Source: Nitrososphaerales archaeon (lineage in GTDB: Archaea; Thermoproteota; Nitrososphaeria; Conexivisphaerales; UBA164). From it: a DNA stretch of 64,000 bases. The stretch covers positions 1,222 through 65,221 of the forward strand of contig JAGDXJ010000005.1 in assembly GCA_023256355.1 (NCBI GenBank). Reading direction: 5' to 3'. This document shows, piece after piece, positions 9,882 to 19,365 of this stretch. The notes beneath the pieces were generated by a model. That model was not told the DNA's origin. It searched no databases and worked only from the letters and a program-made list of their open reading frames with translations. A program made the position numbers and the translations under genes. Each line of letters begins with the position of its first letter. Position 1 is the first letter of the stretch.

Positions 9882-11734
9882 AAGTAGGGTTTGAAATACA
9901 CATTCAGGTCAACAGCGGAAGAAAACTTTTCTGCAACTGCAACCCAAAGAACGATGATAGTTCGCAGTTAGAATTCAGAAGAAGGCTTAGGGTTTCCACG
10001 AGTGAGCTGGGCGAAATAGATCCAGCTGCCGCTTTTGAAATAAAGAAAGGTCTGAACATAGTTTATGTTTCAGGCGATAAGACCAGCTGTCTAGTTGAAG
10101 CTGATGAAGAACCCCCGCATGAACCAGACCCATATTCTGTGGAAGCTGCAATAAAAGTATCGAACATGCTGAACTCATTTATAGTAGATGAAATACATTT
10201 TATGAGGAAGATAGTGGTTGACGGCTCAAACACATCTGGATTTCAAAGAACAGCCATAATAGGTTTGAACGGAAGCTACGCTTTTCGTGGAAAAAACGTT
10301 CGAATTCAGACAATATGCCTGGAAGAGGACGCTGCCAGGCTACTGGAAAAAGGTGAAGGTTATGTAAAGTACGAATTAAAAAGGCTCGGTATACCGCTCC
10401 TTGAAATAACAACTGAGCCGCTAGAGATTTCACCAGAAGAAGCAAAAGCGCTTGCAGAAAGCTTAGGAAGGACATTAAAATTGACAGGCCTTTTTGCAAG
10501 GGGTCTTGGAACCATAAGACAGGACGTGAACGTATCAGTAGAAGGTGGAGGTATTGTAGAGGTTAAAGGCGTTCAGAAGCTGGAGCAGATACAAAAAGTG
10601 ATTGAATTTGAAGAAAAAAGACAGAATATGCTATTAGAGGTTGCAGCCAAGTTAAAAGAAAGAGGTATAAGCGAAGAAAGCTTTGCTGACCTAAAACCTA
10701 TAGAAGTTTCTGACGTTTTTAAAAATCATTCAAACATTCCTAACGTAAAAAGGTTCTTCAAAGATTACGCGTTTGCCCTAAAAGCGCCTGGCCTTAAAGG
10801 TTTATTTTCATATGAAACAGTTCCAGACTCAAGGCTTGGGCTGGACCTTGCCGATATATGCAGGCTATTTGGATTTAAAGGCATAATTCATTCTGATGAG
10901 ATTTCAAAATACGATTTTGGCCAAGACATTCTGAGAGAGCTTGAAAATAAACTCGGAATAAGCGAGAATGACGGTTTCGTTCTAGTCTTCGGAGATAAAG
11001 AAAAAGCAGTTTTATGTCTTCAAATGGTAAAAGAAAGACTCAGGATGGCATTGAAAGGTCCTGTAGCCGAAACCAGGTACGCAACAGAAAAGGGGACAAC
11101 AAGATATCTCAGACCGAGACCGGGAGCTTCAAGGATGTATCCCGAAACTGACATTCCGACCATAAGGATTACTCAGGAAATGAAGGACAAATACATGGTT
11201 GAAATAAAAAGCTGGGAGAAGGCAGTAGAAGAATTTTCTTCAAAGCACTCGATAAATAAAGAAATGGCTGAACAGATACTCGATTCTGAATTTACTGATT
11301 TCTTTGAAAATGCCGTAGAAAACTATAAAAATGTACCCCCGACGCTTCTGGCCTCCCTTATTGTGCAAGTTTTCATTCCTTATCAAAACTCAGGAAAAGT
11401 CATAGAATACGATGAGTTTTTAAAACTGCTGGATGAATTTTCTAAAGGAAATATAGCAAAAGAAGCCGTTATAGATGTAGCAAGGTACATGTTAGAAAAA
11501 GGGGTAAACCTTGAAAGCGCGCTCAAGGAAATGAACATAGAGAAGCTTAGCTTAGAAGAGCTTAGAAAAATAATAAAGGAGAAGATTGATGAGGCTCTGC
11601 AGGAAAATGTTGAACCTTCAAAACTCTACGGCACGGTGATGGGAAGAGTAATGTCCTTGGTTAGGGGAAAGATCGAGGGAAAGATCGTTAACGAGGAAGT
11701 AAAAAAGGCTCTTGAAAATATAAATAAAGCTTAA
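9878..11734 (+). CDS. gatE: Glu-tRNA(Gln) amidotransferase subunit E
   Basis: GatB-like N-terminus 'GFEIHIQV...KLFCNC'; 618 aa with an insertion domain. AGGAGG at 9864-9869 lies 8 nt before the ATG. Confidence 0.9.
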   Translation: MKVGFEIHIQVNSGRKLFCNCNPKNDDSSQLEFRRRLRVSTSELGEIDPAAAFEIKKGLNIVYVSGDKTSCLVEADEEPPHEPDPYSVEAAIKVSNMLNSFIVDEIHFMRKIVVDGSNTSGFQRTAIIGLNGSYAFRGKNVRIQTICLEEDAARLLEKGEGYVKYELKRLGIPLLEITTEPLEISPEEAKALAESLGRTLKLTGLFARGLGTIRQDVNVSVEGGGIVEVKGVQKLEQIQKVIEFEEKRQNMLLEVAAKLKERGISEESFADLKPIEVSDVFKNHSNIPNVKRFFKDYAFALKAPGLKGLFSYETVPDSRLGLDLADICRLFGFKGIIHSDEISKYDFGQDILRELENKLGISENDGFVLVFGDKEKAVLCLQMVKERLRMALKGPVAETRYATEKGTTRYLRPRPGASRMYPETDIPTIRITQEMKDKYMVEIKSWEKAVEEFSSKHSINKEMAEQILDSEFTDFFENAVENYKNVPPTLLASLIVQVFIPYQNSGKVIEYDEFLKLLDEFSKGNIAKEAVIDVARYMLEKGVNLESALKEMNIEKLSLEELRKIIKEKIDEALQENVEPSKLYGTVMGRVMSLVRGKIEGKIVNEEVKKALENINKA

Positions 11735-12528
11735 GATCCAAACATACACAGCTTTCTTTTTGTAACATTAAAATCTTTAATTTGTAATCTATCTGTTAAA
11801 AAAGGAACTAAGTTGCTCCTGTACAGGCTAAATTTTTCGTTCTCATAAACTGCAAAAGAAAACGGGAAATCGTCTATCTTTATGAGCAATTTCTCATATG
11901 GGGAAGAAGCTACCCTGTTTTCTCCCGAATAAAGCTCAACATTAATTCCGTAGTGTCCGCTGATTGCTCCTGAGCACTTTCCCATGTTCCTTATAATTTT
12001 TTGAAGTATGAATTTTCTTTCATGGGTCGCAATGATTTTTGAGTTTTTTACTTCGGCTGAATCAAAGGAAGATCCGTAAGCTATAAGCAAAATCTCTGTA
12101 TCAGCCAGTTTGAACTTTTCGCTGCCTTTTACAAATATACCTCTTCTTAGGTTATTATGCAAAAATATGTCCCCGTAGTCTATGAATGCATCGTGGTTTC
12201 CGTTTATAAGCGCATAACCTATTCCGAGCTCCTCAAGCAGCCTTAAGGTTTTTAAGAAATAATAAAGATGAACCTTAAAAAGTTCTTTTGAAATGTGTGT
12301 ATTACCTTTAAATATCGTGTAGCCTTCAAAAGGCTCAGCTCTGTTTTCTTTTGATAGCTGTTCAACGTCTGCAAAACTCAGGCGCTCCCCTTTTTTTATC
12401 AAGTAAACCTGCCCCGGGCCGTCAAACAAAACGTCGCCCAAAAAGAAAAAATAATCTGGCTTGAAAAGCTTTATAAGTGAATCAGAAAACTGAAAATTTC
12501 TTATATCTGATATGAACATCAATTTCAT
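11731..12528 (-). CDS. Calcineurin-like metallophosphoesterase family protein (motif I degenerate)
   Basis: Motifs 'LGDVLFDG', 'NGNHDA', 'ATHE' and 'SGHYG'. The first motif reads 'SDIRN' (D-x-R rather than D-x-H). The stop codon overlaps the gatE stop within CTTAAG. Confidence 0.5.
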   Translation of the reverse strand: MKLMFISDIRNFQFSDSLIKLFKPDYFFFLGDVLFDGPGQVYLIKKGERLSFADVEQLSKENRAEPFEGYTIFKGNTHISKELFKVHLYYFLKTLRLLEELGIGYALINGNHDAFIDYGDIFLHNNLRRGIFVKGSEKFKLADTEILLIAYGSSFDSAEVKNSKIIATHERKFILQKIIRNMGKCSGAISGHYGINVELYSGENRVASSPYEKLLIKIDDFPFSFAVYENEKFSLYRSNLVPFLTDRLQIKDFNVTKRKLCMFGS

Positions 12529-12599
12529 TATATATACGGATAATAGCTTGTTTTTAAAAACTTTAATACATATAAGCAGGCTACGCTTATAAAAACATC

Positions 12600-13001
12600 A
12601 TGATAAAAAATGTTTATTTCGATGTAGAATCTAAAAAAAGAAGAGAGCTGATAGATATAACTGCAAAGTTAAAAGATATAGTATCAAAGGAAAACGGTTC
12701 TGGTTTGATAAACATTTTTGTTCCACATACTACAGCAGGAATTTTGATAAACGAAAACGAGAGAGGGCTAAAAAACGACATCCTAAGCACGTTTGAAAAA
12801 GTTGTTCCCGAAAATGAAAAGTACGAACACAACCTGATCGACAACAACGCTGATGCGCATATTTTATCTGTAATCATAAAGAACAATTCCTGTATACCTT
12901 TCTCTGACGGGAAATTATTGCTAGGTACATGGCAGAGCGTTTTCTTTGTTGAGCTTGATGGCCCAAGACACAGAAACGTGATAGCCACCTTGATTAAATG
13001 A
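12600..13001 (+). CDS. YjbQ/UPF0047 family protein
   Basis: 133 aa. 'NIFVPHTTAGILINENE' and 'NADAH' are typical of the YjbQ family. Confidence 0.75.
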   Translation: MIKNVYFDVESKKRRELIDITAKLKDIVSKENGSGLINIFVPHTTAGILINENERGLKNDILSTFEKVVPENEKYEHNLIDNNADAHILSVIIKNNSCIPFSDGKLLLGTWQSVFFVELDGPRHRNVIATLIK

Positions 13002-13041
13002 GTTTCATAAAAAGTGAATTTTAGGGGCTAAAAAAACACTT

Positions 13042-14010
13042 TCAAATTGAAGCGCTCAGCCAATTTTCTTTTATTTTTTCGTAAATTTCTTTTGAAACCT
13101 TTTCAAATTCATCTGGCTTAACTTTTTTACCCAGGTTTGCTCCCGAAGCGTATTCATGCCCTCCTCCTCCAAATATGTTCGCAAGCGGAACCAAGTTTAT
13201 ATTAGAATTTTTCTTTCTTCTGAAGCTCATACCCCCCTCATCTTTGACTATTATATAAACATCGGCATCATTATTCTCTATTATTTTATTGGCGGCCTGA
13301 GTACCTGATATCAACGATGTTGCATAAGCTATCGCAAACCTGTAGCCATTTATGTTAAAAAATCTAACCGACTTTGCTGTGTACTCAAGTTCTTCTCTTT
13401 TTTTATTTCTATAATATTCTAGCACATTCTTCAGGTCTTCAGTAACAGCTTCTTTAGGCCCATTTAAAGCGAGTTGAACAGCTAAAAAGGCGAGCCTGCA
13501 TCTTGGCGGATCCTTTTCCAGGTAATTAAAATAATCTATTATATCGACCAGATCCATTACGTATTGATCCTTTATGTTCAGCGTGTCTGATTGAAATCCA
13601 GCATCAGCTATAATTTTAGAAACTTCATCCTCAAGACCATAACGCTTTTGTACAAGTACTGAAGCGGAACCCGCATCCTTTTCAACAAGCAAACTCACGT
13701 TTATGTCCCTTAATTTTTTTATTATTTCTTCTTTTGTTTCGTGATGATCAGTCCATTCAACATTTCCGTCAGTTTTCTTTATTCTTTTTAATATAAGATC
13801 TATCGAGTTTAAGTTGGTCGAGATATCAGCTATGAACACTTTAACTTCTTTAATGTCAGTAATATTTTCAGGATAAACTCTGTCATTGTCCTTGTAATCC
13901 CTTAAATAGAGCAAATATGGCGTGTTCGAAGAAATTGACTTTCTTATCAGAAGTGCGGCTGAAGAAATTCCGTCAAGATCTGCAGAATGTGAAATTATAA
14001 CATTAATCAT
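13042..14010 (-). CDS. DHH/DHHA1 family phosphoesterase (NrnA-like)
   Basis: 'SHSADLDGISSAALL' (motif I), 'WTDHHE' (DHH motif) and 'GGGGHEYASGA' (DHHA1 GGGH motif); 322 aa. Confidence 0.8.
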   Translation of the reverse strand: MINVIISHSADLDGISSAALLIRKSISSNTPYLLYLRDYKDNDRVYPENITDIKEVKVFIADISTNLNSIDLILKRIKKTDGNVEWTDHHETKEEIIKKLRDINVSLLVEKDAGSASVLVQKRYGLEDEVSKIIADAGFQSDTLNIKDQYVMDLVDIIDYFNYLEKDPPRCRLAFLAVQLALNGPKEAVTEDLKNVLEYYRNKKREELEYTAKSVRFFNINGYRFAIAYATSLISGTQAANKIIENNDADVYIIVKDEGGMSFRRKKNSNINLVPLANIFGGGGHEYASGANLGKKVKPDEFEKVSKEIYEKIKENWLSASI

Positions 14011-14143
14011 TGCGATTCCCTATCTTTATACAGTTTTAAACATTTAAAAAAATTATCTGAATAAATTATAAGCTCATAGCACAGAAAATTTATCCCTTTT
14101 GATGATAACTCGATAGTTTAGGATTACTGTTGTGGTAAAAAGA

Positions 14144-14944
14144 TCATTTTCCAAACCTTCTGTTTCTTTTTTCATAAGTTCTAAGGATTCTCAAAAAATC
14201 AATCTTTCTTACGTCTGGCCAGTATATATCCATAAAAACCATTTCACTGTAAGATGATTGATAGAGCAAAAAATCGCTCAATCTCATTTCGCCAGAAGTT
14301 CTGATTATAAGATCTGGCTCAGGGTATGGAAGGTCTCCAGTATAAAGCTTTGACATAAAAAACTCTTCGTCAACATCTTCAGGAGAAATTTTTCCATCTT
14401 TGACTTCCTGAACTATTTCTTTAACAGCATTTAGAATTTCATACCTTCCACTGTATGCAACAGCCACGTTTATGACCATTCCATCATTGTTTTTTGTCCT
14501 GGTCTCAAGCTCTTCGAATTCCTGTTTAAGAACATCCGGCAAAAGTTCTTTATTGCCAAGCGTCTTAATTCTTATTTTGTGCTTTTCTATAAGCCCGCTT
14601 TCTTCAAGCTTTTTAAGCTTTTCATACATGTTCTCCACTATAGAGCTGAGCTCCTCAGGTGATCTCTTAATGAGGTTGTCTTTAGATAAAGCATAGAAAG
14701 TTATTATCTTTATGTTATAATCCAGAGACCACAGCACAAACTTTTCCGCTATATCGGCTCCATACCTGTACCCTTCCCATGCAGGAAGGTTTCTTTCGTT
14801 TGCCCATCTTCTGTTGCCGTCCATTATGACAGCTATGTGCTTTGGCAAAGGACCTTCTTTAACCTCTTCGTCGAGCATCTTTTCATAGAGGGATTCTATG
14901 CCCACGATTTTGATTATTTTTCTTAAAATTGTGTCGGCTTTCAT
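14144..14944 (-). CDS. uppS: cis-prenyltransferase (undecaprenyl/dolichyl-precursor diphosphate synthase)
   Basis: 'HIAVIMDGNRRWA' and 'RTSGEMRLSDFLLYQSSYSE' are hallmark UPPS motifs. Confidence 0.9.
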   Translation of the reverse strand: MKADTILRKIIKIVGIESLYEKMLDEEVKEGPLPKHIAVIMDGNRRWANERNLPAWEGYRYGADIAEKFVLWSLDYNIKIITFYALSKDNLIKRSPEELSSIVENMYEKLKKLEESGLIEKHKIRIKTLGNKELLPDVLKQEFEELETRTKNNDGMVINVAVAYSGRYEILNAVKEIVQEVKDGKISPEDVDEEFFMSKLYTGDLPYPEPDLIIRTSGEMRLSDFLLYQSSYSEMVFMDIYWPDVRKIDFLRILRTYEKRNRRFGK

Positions 14945-16035
14945 TTTTGTTTAACCTTAAAGTAATCAGCAAGGATATAGTAAATCAGTATTATCATTAT
15001 GGCAAGTATAGCCAGTATTACAACCACAAGTGGTATGCCAGAAATCTGAGGGTTCATAAGAACTATGCCAACGTTGTACACGGGTATGTAGAACAGAAGA
15101 AGAGATATCAAAAGCGTAGCTTCTCTTAAAGCAAGATATCTGCTTCTTCTGAAATACAGAAAGAAGTTTACGACAAGCTGGAGACCTATAGCTATCCACA
15201 CATAAGTTTCCATGGTTATTATGGAAGCTCCAACAAGGTACCCAAATGCGTATACTTCGAAACCTTTTTGAAGCACGGCAAACTGCTGGGAAAGCAAGAT
15301 TTCCTGTGCGGTCTTTATGCCGCCCAAAATAACTATTATCAGCCCTGACATGGCGCTCAAAAATTTTACAAGAAAGTTCGTGCTCCTTCTCATCTGGCCC
15401 ACAGCGTTGTCAAGGTTAAACCCTCTAATGATAAGAGCCAGACTCAGAATCAAAGCGAGAAGATACCCGGCATATTCCTTTATAGGTGAGAGATAAAGGA
15501 GAGAATATGCGAGCAAAAGTATGCCGGGAACGCCTAGAAAATACTTTGAATACCTTGTATCATATATTGCCATTTTTAGGTACTTGCCCAATATTATGTA
15601 GCTCTCTTCGATGTTGCGGCTGTGCTTAACCACGATTCTGACGATAGATCTTATTGACCCATAGCTCATTATGACGGGTAAAATCTCTTCATCTTCAACT
15701 CCATCTGATACAAGTATTATTTCTTCAAAATTAAGCTGTTTTTTAAGGTACGACACCTGGTTCCTTATCTTTGTATCAGCTTTTAAACTGCCGTTGCTGT
15801 CTCCGCTAACAGCTGCTATTTCACAATCTTCGTTTGATTTTTTTAATTCGTCATAAACCTTGATAGCGCCCATCATTGCGTTTCCATCGGCTTCTTCCGG
15901 ATCGCTCAGCAAAAGCTTGTTAGCAGCTTCTAAAACATTCTCTCTTCCGATTATAGGGGTAGATAAACCTGCCTTTATACCTATATCATCGTCGCGATCA
16001 ACAACAAGAACGAGTATTTTCGGCAAACTATACAA
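14941..16035 (-). CDS. Integral membrane protein, DUF373-like
   Basis: A soluble N-terminal region of about 150 aa ('ILVLVVDRDDDIG') is followed by about 7 hydrophobic helices. This recalls archaeal DUF373, from memory. The stop overlaps the uppS start (ATGA-type, 14941-14944). Confidence 0.45.
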   Translation of the reverse strand: MYSLPKILVLVVDRDDDIGIKAGLSTPIIGRENVLEAANKLLLSDPEEADGNAMMGAIKVYDELKKSNEDCEIAAVSGDSNGSLKADTKIRNQVSYLKKQLNFEEIILVSDGVEDEEILPVIMSYGSIRSIVRIVVKHSRNIEESYIILGKYLKMAIYDTRYSKYFLGVPGILLLAYSLLYLSPIKEYAGYLLALILSLALIIRGFNLDNAVGQMRRSTNFLVKFLSAMSGLIIVILGGIKTAQEILLSQQFAVLQKGFEVYAFGYLVGASIITMETYVWIAIGLQLVVNFFLYFRRSRYLALREATLLISLLLFYIPVYNVGIVLMNPQISGIPLVVVILAILAIMIILIYYILADYFKVKQK

Positions 16036-16147
16036 TTAAGATAAACGGCTGTTATTTTAAGTTTATTGGTAGCTTCAAAGATAAGCGGTTTATATTTGAA
16101 AGAATAAAAAATTTAAAAACAAGCAAACAAATGGTTAAACAATTAAA

Positions 16148-17248
16148 TTGAACTATGCGCCAAGAGTTTCAGTAATAATACCTGTTTATAAAAACTCAAT
16201 GAATCTTAGCGAAATTTTAAGAGCTATTTTTAACGATAGTTATCAAGAAAAAGAAGTCATAATTATAGCAGATGAACCGGATGATGATTTTTTCAGAACT
16301 GATTTTTTAGAGAGATGCAGGTTGATGGTCAACGAAAAAAGAATCGGGAAGGTTGAGTCTCTGAACAAAGCTGTTAAAATAGCTAACGGGGATTACCTTA
16401 TATTTTTGGATTCAGATGTATTTATACCGGATGACCTTGTATCAAGGTCTGTTCAGGTTGCCCTAAATTCTGATGCTGACATAATCGATTATGTAAAACT
16501 TGGTTACGGCAACAAAGTTATTGAGAGGATGGCATCAATAGACTACGCAATAGCAAGCGAGTTCCTCGAAATAGGTTCCAAGTTTTCTCGAAAGACCATT
16601 GCTCTGGATGGCGCTGCCTTTATGATAAAAATGGATAGCCTGATTAAGGTTGGCGGTTTTGACCACTTTTTTGCCGAAGATTTATATCTGGGTTTGAAGA
16701 GCTATATTCACGGGCTAAAGTACGTAATTTCTGACATAGAAGTTCGCGTTAAACAGCCCGATAACGTAAAAAAATGGTTTGACCAGAGGATAAGGTGGTC
16801 TTATGGATTATCAGAATGGCTTTTAAACAACTTTCTAAGGTTGATTTTTTATTCTATACAGACGCCTTGGCTTTTTATCTCTTTTATAGTCTTTGTTGTT
16901 TCGCCCTTAACTTCATTGGGCTTTTTTTATCTGATTTCAGCTCCTTTTGTTAACAATTTTATGATGCTTTACATGTTTAATCCGGTTATCAAGTTTACGC
17001 CTTTGTTAGCAAGGTTTCCCAGGATTTATTTGCTTTATTTTACACGGTTTTTTGCGATATTTACAGGATCGTTCGTTTTGACCATGATAGCTTACTCAAT
17101 TATCTTAAAGCATTACAGAATTAAATACAGATTTTATGACCTGCTAGTTTATTATTTTCTATATCAACCACTGCTGTTCGCAACTTACATGCTCGGGTTT
17201 GCAATCTACGTTCTTAAAGTCAGGGTTGAACTTAATTGGAAAGTGTAA
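16148..17248 (+). CDS. Membrane-embedded family-2 glycosyltransferase with D,D,D,QxxRW signature (processive beta-glycan synthase type)
   Basis: 'VSVIIPVYKN', 'ADEPDDD', 'FLDSDVF', 'FAEDLYL' and 'QRIRW', plus about 4 C-terminal TM helices. TTG start at 16148; the nearby ATG is out of frame. Confidence 0.8.
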   Translation: MNYAPRVSVIIPVYKNSMNLSEILRAIFNDSYQEKEVIIIADEPDDDFFRTDFLERCRLMVNEKRIGKVESLNKAVKIANGDYLIFLDSDVFIPDDLVSRSVQVALNSDADIIDYVKLGYGNKVIERMASIDYAIASEFLEIGSKFSRKTIALDGAAFMIKMDSLIKVGGFDHFFAEDLYLGLKSYIHGLKYVISDIEVRVKQPDNVKKWFDQRIRWSYGLSEWLLNNFLRLIFYSIQTPWLFISFIVFVVSPLTSLGFFYLISAPFVNNFMMLYMFNPVIKFTPLLARFPRIYLLYFTRFFAIFTGSFVLTMIAYSIILKHYRIKYRFYDLLVYYFLYQPLLFATYMLGFAIYVLKVRVELNWKV

Positions 17249-18252
17249 AAAGGATAAAGTTTTCTTTTAACAAGCCAGTCAGCTATACGTATCTATACGA
17301 CAGGAGCGACGAAATAAAAAAATTGTCAGAAACAGAATCTGCTTTTCTGTTAGGGCCGTTGGGAATAGGTAAGACGTCTCTTTTGAAATCCTATCTGATA
17401 CATAAAAAGTGCAGCGCTTTATGGATAAACGGGGAAAGGATAAGGAATTTCAACGCTTTTATAAACAGTTTGAAGAGACAGTATGGCGAACTGCTTAAAA
17501 ATATACTGGCCAAAAAAGAATCCGGTCCATTATCTGAATTAAATGCCCCACTTTTAGAGATAGAAAGCTACAAGGAAGGCAAATCAGACAGGTATACCTT
17601 TTTAAATAACTTTTTAGATGAGCTTACTTTTATAAGCGACCAAAAAATCTGCTTGGTTATAGACGATTTTACTCAAATCAGAAAGATAGGACTCGCTTTC
17701 CTTGATATAAGCAGATCCATCTATAAAGCTTCTAAAAAAAGGAAGATAAACATCTTGCTGGCTTCATCAGAGCTCGGTTATGCAAAAGAAATTTTAGAGA
17801 AAAAAGATCTCCCGCTTGAAAAAGCTTTTTCTGTGTTAACTTTAAAACCATTTGGTCTTGAAGATTCAGCAGATTTTTTATCCAAGGGACTCGAAGGTTA
17901 TGGTGTCAGCTGTCCAAAAAAGTACATAGGAGATTCTTATTATGTGTCTGAAGGCTTTCCTCTCTGGCTTTCACTTATTGGTTTAAGGATGTTGGAGGGA
18001 AAGTGTAACCCAGAAGGCATTTATACAGACAGAAGAGCGCAGCTGTTCTGGGTTGAAAAGATGACAAGACTTTCTGTCAAAGAAAAGTACATACTGAGGC
18101 TTATAGCAAAAGGGGAAAGCTACAGATCTGTAGGACCACACAGCAGGCGCGCATTAATTTCTCTTATAAGAAGAGGTTACATAATCAAGAACAAGCAAGA
18201 AGAGATAGTAGACCCGGTTCTTCAATATCTTTTAAAGATGGAACTTATATGA
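17236..18252 (+). CDS. Archaeal-type P-loop ATPase (PF01637-like) with C-terminal winged-helix
   Basis: Walker A 'GPLGIGKTS' and Walker B 'LVIDDF'. A C-terminal 'LSVKEKYILRLIAKGESYRSVG...LISLIRRGYI' region looks like a wHTH. The TTG start overlaps the GT2 gene by 13 nt. Confidence 0.6.
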   Translation: MESVKRIKFSFNKPVSYTYLYDRSDEIKKLSETESAFLLGPLGIGKTSLLKSYLIHKKCSALWINGERIRNFNAFINSLKRQYGELLKNILAKKESGPLSELNAPLLEIESYKEGKSDRYTFLNNFLDELTFISDQKICLVIDDFTQIRKIGLAFLDISRSIYKASKKRKINILLASSELGYAKEILEKKDLPLEKAFSVLTLKPFGLEDSADFLSKGLEGYGVSCPKKYIGDSYYVSEGFPLWLSLIGLRMLEGKCNPEGIYTDRRAQLFWVEKMTRLSVKEKYILRLIAKGESYRSVGPHSRRALISLIRRGYIIKNKQEEIVDPVLQYLLKMELI

Positions 18253-18374
18253 ACGTCATGCAGTTTTATATACTGATAAAATAAAAGTAGAACTTTGTAA
18301 AAGCAACGGTCATGATAAGCTTAAAACGATAAATGTTTAAATAAGAACATATTTTTATTATTTAAAGCAGCAAG

Positions 18375-19250
18375 TTGTATGATATTCTGAGATCAGAGAA
18401 CATAAGAGGGGTGCTTTTAGATTTTATTTCAGGTTACCCCATAGATGTTAGAATCTCTCTTTCAAAAAAAGAACCTATATATTCTGTTAACAATAAAGTT
18501 TTAGATGAAAATACTTTAAAGCTTCTGCTTGAAAACAGGATCATCGATTATGCCGGCAATGAGAGTTTTTTAGCATGTCCTAAGGATGCCTCGATAAAAC
18601 TGAATGTAATTTTAATCTGTCCTGTGCATAAAGTCGCGTTGCAAAAAATAGAAATATATGAAAATAAAATAACCGGCGCCATAATTAATGCTCCAGCAGG
18701 TGAAATGTCTCGGAACCTAATTAAGAGGGGTTATTTTTTAAGATGCGAGAAAGGAGAGACAGTTTTTAACCCGGATTTCCTTTACAGATGTGAGAACGGT
18801 CATGTTTTTGGCTTAGAAGATGGGATCGTAGCTAACGTTAAAAAGTACAAGGTGAACGAAGATACGCTTAATTTCGTAAAAGAATATTTTAACGAGCTAA
18901 ATCAGGCTTCTAATTTCTTGTCAAGCGGAGGATATCAGATAATTGAAAACCGGAAATTTAAAGGGTTGAGCGGTGTAGATTATGAGTTTGATTTGATGGC
19001 TAAGAAAGGCGAACAGCAGTTCGCCTTTTATTTTATCAAAGGGGATAAGGTAGAAGAGTTACTTTCTCTTCTTCCAAAACTTTATGATATATCCCAGTTA
19101 GGTAATGTACCGTTGAACATTTTTATAGTTACTGGTAAACAGGTAAACGATGATCTGCTACACATGTTTGACAGGTACAATGTAAAGGTTATAAAGGCAG
19201 AAAAAGCAGATGAAATAATAGACTTTATAACCAAAAACCTTAAATCATAA
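18375..19250 (+). CDS. Hypothetical protein; N-terminal wHTH-like, central Cys/His cluster, C-terminal Hjc/Mrr-fold-like region
   Basis: The 291-aa ORF has its own AT-rich upstream region. The C-terminus 'GGYQIIENRKFKGLSGVDYEFDLMAKKGEQQFAFYFIKG' resembles the PD-(D/E)xK resolvase/Mrr core pattern, but 'FIK' stands where 'ExK' is expected. No family was recognised with certainty. Confidence 0.5.
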   Translation: MYDILRSENIRGVLLDFISGYPIDVRISLSKKEPIYSVNNKVLDENTLKLLLENRIIDYAGNESFLACPKDASIKLNVILICPVHKVALQKIEIYENKITGAIINAPAGEMSRNLIKRGYFLRCEKGETVFNPDFLYRCENGHVFGLEDGIVANVKKYKVNEDTLNFVKEYFNELNQASNFLSSGGYQIIENRKFKGLSGVDYEFDLMAKKGEQQFAFYFIKGDKVEELLSLLPKLYDISQLGNVPLNIFIVTGKQVNDDLLHMFDRYNVKVIKAEKADEIIDFITKNLKS

Positions 19251-19365
19251 GTTTTGAAAATTATTAATATTTTATGAAAACCATCGGTTGTACAAAAATC
19301 CGGTTGAAATCAGGAGATTTTAGCATTTTGTTATGTACATTTTCTTTTAGCGCAGCTTCTGAACG

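Noticed and set aside
13012-13042. Inverted repeat AAAGTG-N19-CACTTT between the convergent YjbQ and DHH genes, considered as a bidirectional terminator hairpin.
   Set aside because: The stem is only 6 bp and the loop is large. Archaeal termination relies mainly on T-runs, so this is too weak to call.
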